Below, in pieces: positions 14,618 to 17,984 of a stretch of 17,984 bases of DNA. Every line of letters begins with the position of its first letter. Positions within the stretch are counted from its first letter, which is position 1. Where the stretch lies: positions 1-17,984 of IMG/VR virus record IMGVR_UViG_3300020576_002769, one strand, 5' to 3'. This DNA comes from a virus (taxonomy: Duplodnaviria; Heunggongvirae; Uroviricota; Caudoviricetes). A program made the position numbers and the translations under genes. The notes beneath the pieces were generated by a model. The model was not told the DNA's origin, made no database searches, and saw only the letters and a list, made by a program, of their open reading frames with translations.

Positions 14618-15175
14618 TTATTTTAATTTTCTTTTTGGTGTTGGTTCCCAATATGGGTCATCAAAGTTAATTGTATGAAGGGTTTTATCATCATTATATT
14701 CAAATCCGGTTTCATAGTTATTACTGAACCACAATTTATATCTCTCTCCGTAAGTCAATTCCTCACAACAATCCTCACCCCACTTTTGGTAGAAGTCGTC
14801 ATCAAATAACACTTTGTCAATAAATTCCACTTTATTATAACAAACTTCATAATGTGGTGCTGAGAAAGGAGGGTTTTCTTTCATCCAATTTTGTTCGTAA
14901 TTACTATACAACTCATCAACAATCTTTGTCATATTTTTCAATTGATTTACAATTTCCATATCAATTTCGTTTTGAACTTCCTTGAATATTTCAGAAGTTA
15001 ATTCATCGTGTTCTTTTTGTTTTTGAATTGCATTTTCAAAAGTTTCCGGAGTTAATTGATGTAATGAATCAATATGGAAATGTTGGGTTGGAATTGTAAA
15101 AACTCTATACCCGTCTATCGGATTACCGTCAATTGTAATTCCGTGTTTTATATATTCATAAATTGCGTTATCCAT
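14618..15175 (-). CDS. Hypothetical protein with EF..DDDF..WG motif
   Basis: KVEFIDKVLFDDDFYQKWG..ELTYGER. Confidence 0.82.
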   Translation of the reverse strand: MDNAIYEYIKHGITIDGNPIDGYRVFTIPTQHFHIDSLHQLTPETFENAIQKQKEHDELTSEIFKEVQNEIDMEIVNQLKNMTKIVDELYSNYEQNWMKENPPFSAPHYEVCYNKVEFIDKVLFDDDFYQKWGEDCCEELTYGERYKLWFSNNYETGFEYNDDKTLHTINFDDPYWEPTPKRKLK

Positions 15176-15479
15176 TTTTTTCTTCTAAATATTTTAATGC
15201 TTTATCAATCATATCAAATCGTTCCCAACTGTCATTCCACTTTTTAATTTCTTTATCCACAACATCTTCGGGAGCTTTATCAACGAAATTTTTGTTTTCC
15301 AACTTAGATTTCAGTTTCAACATAAAACCCCATAGATAATCACGTTCCTTTTCTAATTTAGAGGTATCAATCTCTTGTATCATATCTCTACCGGGAACAT
15401 TCACAAAAACTTCACCAACACCTTTAACATAAAAAGACCAACCTGCCAAACGATGTAAAATCTTTTCTTCTTCGGTCAT
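15168..15479 (-). CDS. Stand-alone valyl-tRNA synthetase C-terminal coiled-coil arm-like protein
   Basis: ID...LEKERDYL...KSKLENKNFVDKAPEDVVDKEIKK matches the ValRS tRNA-binding arm signature KLxNxxFVxKAPxxVVxxE. Start MTEEEK at 15479. Confidence 0.75.
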   Translation of the reverse strand: MTEEEKILHRLAGWSFYVKGVGEVFVNVPGRDMIQEIDTSKLEKERDYLWGFMLKLKSKLENKNFVDKAPEDVVDKEIKKWNDSWERFDMIDKALKYLEEKNG

Positions 15480-15682
15480 TACCCTAATCTTTTTTGTAAA
15501 GTCTACCAATAACCTTCTTCATTACGATACCTACGTACCACCTCAACCTCATTTGGAAACCCTAATGAAAGTTTTTTTTCATTTGTAATGTCCGAACTCA
15601 TAATGGTTTTAAATAAATTTGTCGTAAAAGACCCTGATGTACCTCTCATAAAGTACAAAAATTCGATTTCTGCTTGTTCCAT
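15479..15682 (-). CDS. Hypothetical 67-codon protein with in-frame TAG at codon 60 (missed by ORF track)
   Basis: MEQAEIEFLYFMRGTSGSFTTNLFKTIMSSDITNEKKLSLGFPNEVEVVRRYRNEEGYW[TAG]TLQKRLG[TAA]; the final TAA overlaps the next ATG (TAATG). Confidence 0.75.
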
Positions 15683-15687
15683 AATTG

Positions 15688-16005
15688 TTAATATAAATCT
15701 TCAGAAAATAATCTTGTTGTTTCTTCTTTAATTTGTCCGGATTCAAATGCTATTTTTGCCGCCTCTTCTCTACTAACAAATCTATCAGTATTGGTTAAAA
15801 ACCCTTGTTCCTCCGTATTCATTAATTTTAAACCATTTTCATCATAAGGGAAACCAACCATTAATGCAAATGTATTGATACAATTATGATGTCTTCTCCC
15901 ACAGATAACAAAACCTGTTTCAATATTTTTAGGACAATGAATATGTTTTACACCATCGTCGTAATGATTTGCAGCGCATAAAATATACTCTTTTTTATCA
16001 CTCAT
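15688..16005 (-). CDS. Hypothetical phage protein with Cys/His cluster
   Basis: ILCAANHY, ICGRRHHNC, EQGFLTNTDRFVSREEA, LFSEDLY. Confidence 0.88.
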   Translation of the reverse strand: MSDKKEYILCAANHYDDGVKHIHCPKNIETGFVICGRRHHNCINTFALMVGFPYDENGLKLMNTEEQGFLTNTDRFVSREEAAKIAFESGQIKEETTRLFSEDLY

Positions 16006-16279
16006 TATTTAACTTTATTTTACTATTAAATTTTCTAATACTTAATCCACCATCAATATTAACTTCGTGTCCTGTCATATCGGTCATCATTTGACTTAGT
16101 CGTGCAAATTCAACACTATTAATATTTTCAAGATAACTTATAGATAAAAATATGGCAGGTGTGTCAGGTACCCATTCGTTATTCTCGTTTAATTGATTCC
16201 TTGGTAAAACTTCATACGTTAAAATTTTACTACCGGGAATCATTATATTTAAGACTTTTTCAAATAACTCGATTTTCAT
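15998..16279 (-). CDS. Hypothetical protein
   Basis: First gene of the long minus-strand operon; TACCTTTG lies 4 nt upstream of its ATG. Confidence 0.8.
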   Translation of the reverse strand: MKIELFEKVLNIMIPGSKILTYEVLPRNQLNENNEWVPDTPAIFLSISYLENINSVEFARLSQMMTDMTGHEVNIDGGLSIRKFNSKIKLNNE

Positions 16280-16283
16280 CCGA

Positions 16284-16346
16284 CAAAGGTAAGAATAAAT
16301 TTTTAATAAAAAAAGTTGTCTGATAAAATTTTTTATATTACTTTTG
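16284..16346. promoter_or_regulatory. Divergent Bacteroidota-type promoters
   Basis: Minus-strand TACCTTTG (16291-16284); plus-strand TTG (16316-16318), a 20-nt spacer, then TACTTTTG (16339-16346). Confidence 0.68.
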
Positions 16347-16381
16347 TACCAACAAAAAAAAGTAACCTAAATTTTTAAAAA

Positions 16382-16606
16382 ATGGGAAAAACAAATTCAA
16401 AAGGTAAGTATGTCGTTAAAGTAAATCATCACGACATTTATGTATTGGCAACCTCAAAAGCCGATTCAACAAAAAAACACGGATATTCTATGACCTATGA
16501 CTATAGAATATACAAGAATGGAAAATTAATCGAAAAAGGGTTGAAGTCGAAAGAATCCGCTATGGAGAAAGCTTCAACTATAACACCAAAAAAAGAAAAA
16601 GCGTAA
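16382..16606 (+). CDS. Basic hypothetical protein
   Basis: 74-aa Lys-rich ORF; TAATG coupling to the next gene. Confidence 0.8.
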   Translation: MGKTNSKGKYVVKVNHHDIYVLATSKADSTKKHGYSMTYDYRIYKNGKLIEKGLKSKESAMEKASTITPKKEKA

Positions 16607-16827
16607 TGAGTGAGAATGTAACTAACACCGGGTTTGATGTATTAGTTGATTTGGATTTAAGTAAAGTTAAATCTAAACTAAGACGTAAAATCCTAAAACA
16701 AATTATGAAAGAAAACCTTCAAGTAATAATCAATGTTGATGTCTATGGTGCCGAAGAAGGTTCAATCGATATCTTAACAGATGCGGTGGTAACCGTAAAA
16801 CGTAAAAAAAGAAAAAACAAAAAATAA
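16606..16827 (+). CDS. Hypothetical protein with basic C-terminus
   Basis: 73-aa ORF in the operon with clpP. Confidence 0.75.
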   Translation: MSENVTNTGFDVLVDLDLSKVKSKLRRKILKQIMKENLQVIINVDVYGAEEGSIDILTDAVVTVKRKKRKNKK

Positions 16828-16828
16828 T

Positions 16829-17566
16829 ATGAATTACGGAAAAGAGTTTAGAAAATTCGCAATGAGTGAGAAAGGTGTGTCCGGACTTAACTTAGATTAT
16901 TTTGAAAAACATATGGAGAACTCACTAACTCCTTATATTTTAGAAGAAAGAGAAATGAGGGCAACTCAAATGGATATCTTTTCAAGATTACTTATGGATA
17001 GAATCATTTGGGCGTCAGGTCCGGTAGATGATAGAATGGGTGATATTATCCAATCTCAATTAATATTTCTTGAAACGATTGATAAAAAAGATATAAATCT
17101 CTATCTTAATAGTCCGGGTGGGTCGGTAATGAATGGACTTGGAATTAGAGATGTTATGAATTATATTAAACCTGATGTATCAACAACCAACCTCGGTATG
17201 TGTGCATCTATGGGTTCTATTTTATTATCCTCAGGAGCTAAAGGTAAAAGAAATTCATTAATTTTTTCTAAAGTTATGACTCACTTTGTGAGTTATTCAA
17301 CTGGTGGAAATATCCAAGACACTCGTATAAGTCATATGGAGGCGGAAAAATATAACTATATGTTATTTAAAATTTTATCTCAAAATTGTAATAAAACTTT
17401 TGATGAAATTTATGAATTATCAAGAAGAGATAAATGGTTTAATTCTGAAGAAGCAAAGGAAATTGGGTTAGTTGATAATATTATTGGATTGGAAAGAAGT
17501 CCATCAATTAATGAAATGATGGAAGGGTTCGATGATTATTATTCAAATGAAATTTATAAAACATAA
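16829..17566 (+). CDS. clpP: ATP-dependent Clp protease proteolytic subunit
   Basis: PYILEE, MDIFSRLLMDRII, YLNSPGGSV, GMCASMG (Ser), VMTH (His), RRDKWF (Asp), EAKEIGLVD. Confidence 0.95.
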   Translation: MNYGKEFRKFAMSEKGVSGLNLDYFEKHMENSLTPYILEEREMRATQMDIFSRLLMDRIIWASGPVDDRMGDIIQSQLIFLETIDKKDINLYLNSPGGSVMNGLGIRDVMNYIKPDVSTTNLGMCASMGSILLSSGAKGKRNSLIFSKVMTHFVSYSTGGNIQDTRISHMEAEKYNYMLFKILSQNCNKTFDEIYELSRRDKWFNSEEAKEIGLVDNIIGLERSPSINEMMEGFDDYYSNEIYKT

Positions 17567-17569
17567 ATG

Positions 17570-17597
17570 AAAAGTCCGGTTAAACCCGGACTTTTTT
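17570..17597. terminator. Bidirectional intrinsic terminator
   Basis: 10-bp stem AAAAGTCCGG/CCGGACTTTT between convergent genes. Confidence 0.85.
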
Positions 17598-17984
17598 ATT
17601 TAAGAAATCACCCCAACCATTCCATATTTTTCTATAAGTCCAATCAGGACTACCAGGGACTCGAATATCTTTATTTTTATTTTTAATAAAATTACGCCAT
17701 TCAGTCCTTGATTTAATATTTTCATTTATCACAATTATTTTTATTTGGTTTAAGGAATAATAAAAATCTTCACCACCTTTATTAATACCATCATTTAAAA
17801 AATCACAATAATTAAAATTATCAAAAACTCTTTCAGGTTTTTTAGGAATTTCAAATGGTAATTTATTTTCTTTACATAATTGTCTAAATTTTTGTGCAGT
17901 CATAACCCCATAATTTTTACGAAGAAACTCTTTACACTTATTATAATCCCAATATTCTCCTTTCATATATTTACCCCCACTAAC
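17580..17984 (-). CDS. C-terminal part of a protein with two 'integrase-repeat'-like (W..F..IP..P...Y..W..W.DFL) units; probably starts outside the window
   Basis: The frame is open from the window edge (VSGGKY-MKGEYW...). Repeats ...IPKKPERVF..NYCDFL and ...VPGSPDWTY..WNGWGDFL are typical of DNA-binding tails on phage nucleases/helicases. Confidence 0.65.
   Translation of the reverse strand, partial: VSGGKYMKGEYWDYNKCKEFLRKNYGVMTAQKFRQLCKENKLPFEIPKKPERVFDNFNYCDFLNDGINKGGEDFYYSLNQIKIIVINENIKSRTEWRNFIKNKNKDIRVPGSPDWTYRKIWNGWGDFLNKKVRV

Noticed and set aside
1-17984. Genome-wide alternative genetic code; tRNA, rRNA or CRISPR features
   Set aside because: The long conserved genes translate fully in code 11. 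I saw no cloverleaf or regularly spaced direct-repeat array by eye; tRNAscan-SE and a CRISPR finder would confirm this.

Overview
AT-rich, gene-dense segment of a large tailed dsDNA phage genome. The host is probably Bacteroidota/Flavobacteria-like, inferred from TAnnTTTG promoter elements and A-rich translation starts with no Shine-Dalgarno. Left end: a lysis cassette with a PG-binding + GH19 endolysin (missed by the ORF track because it runs off the window), a lipoprotein, and a TM/coiled-coil spanin-like gene interrupted by an in-frame TAA. Recognisable genes: a catalytic-core-only class II Asp/Asn-tRNA-synthetase paralog (probable asparagine synthetase), a metallophosphoesterase, an SlyD-type FKBP, an HEXXH peptidase, a lysozyme-like protein, a stand-alone MqsA-like N-terminal domain, a free-standing GIY-YIG homing endonuclease next to thymidylate synthase, a stand-alone ValRS C-terminal arm and ClpP. 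There are also about 25 hypothetical genes. The most striking observation is a 14-codon leader peptide with three consecutive Asn codons, followed by a terminator, directly upstream of the asparagine-synthetase-like gene: a candidate Asn-sensing attenuator in a phage. Other points: four reading-frame lesions (TAA, TAG, two 1-nt indels), three promoter classes, and two paralogous peptide-motif families. No tRNA, rRNA or CRISPR array was seen. All protein assignments come from motif recognition by eye, not from database searches.
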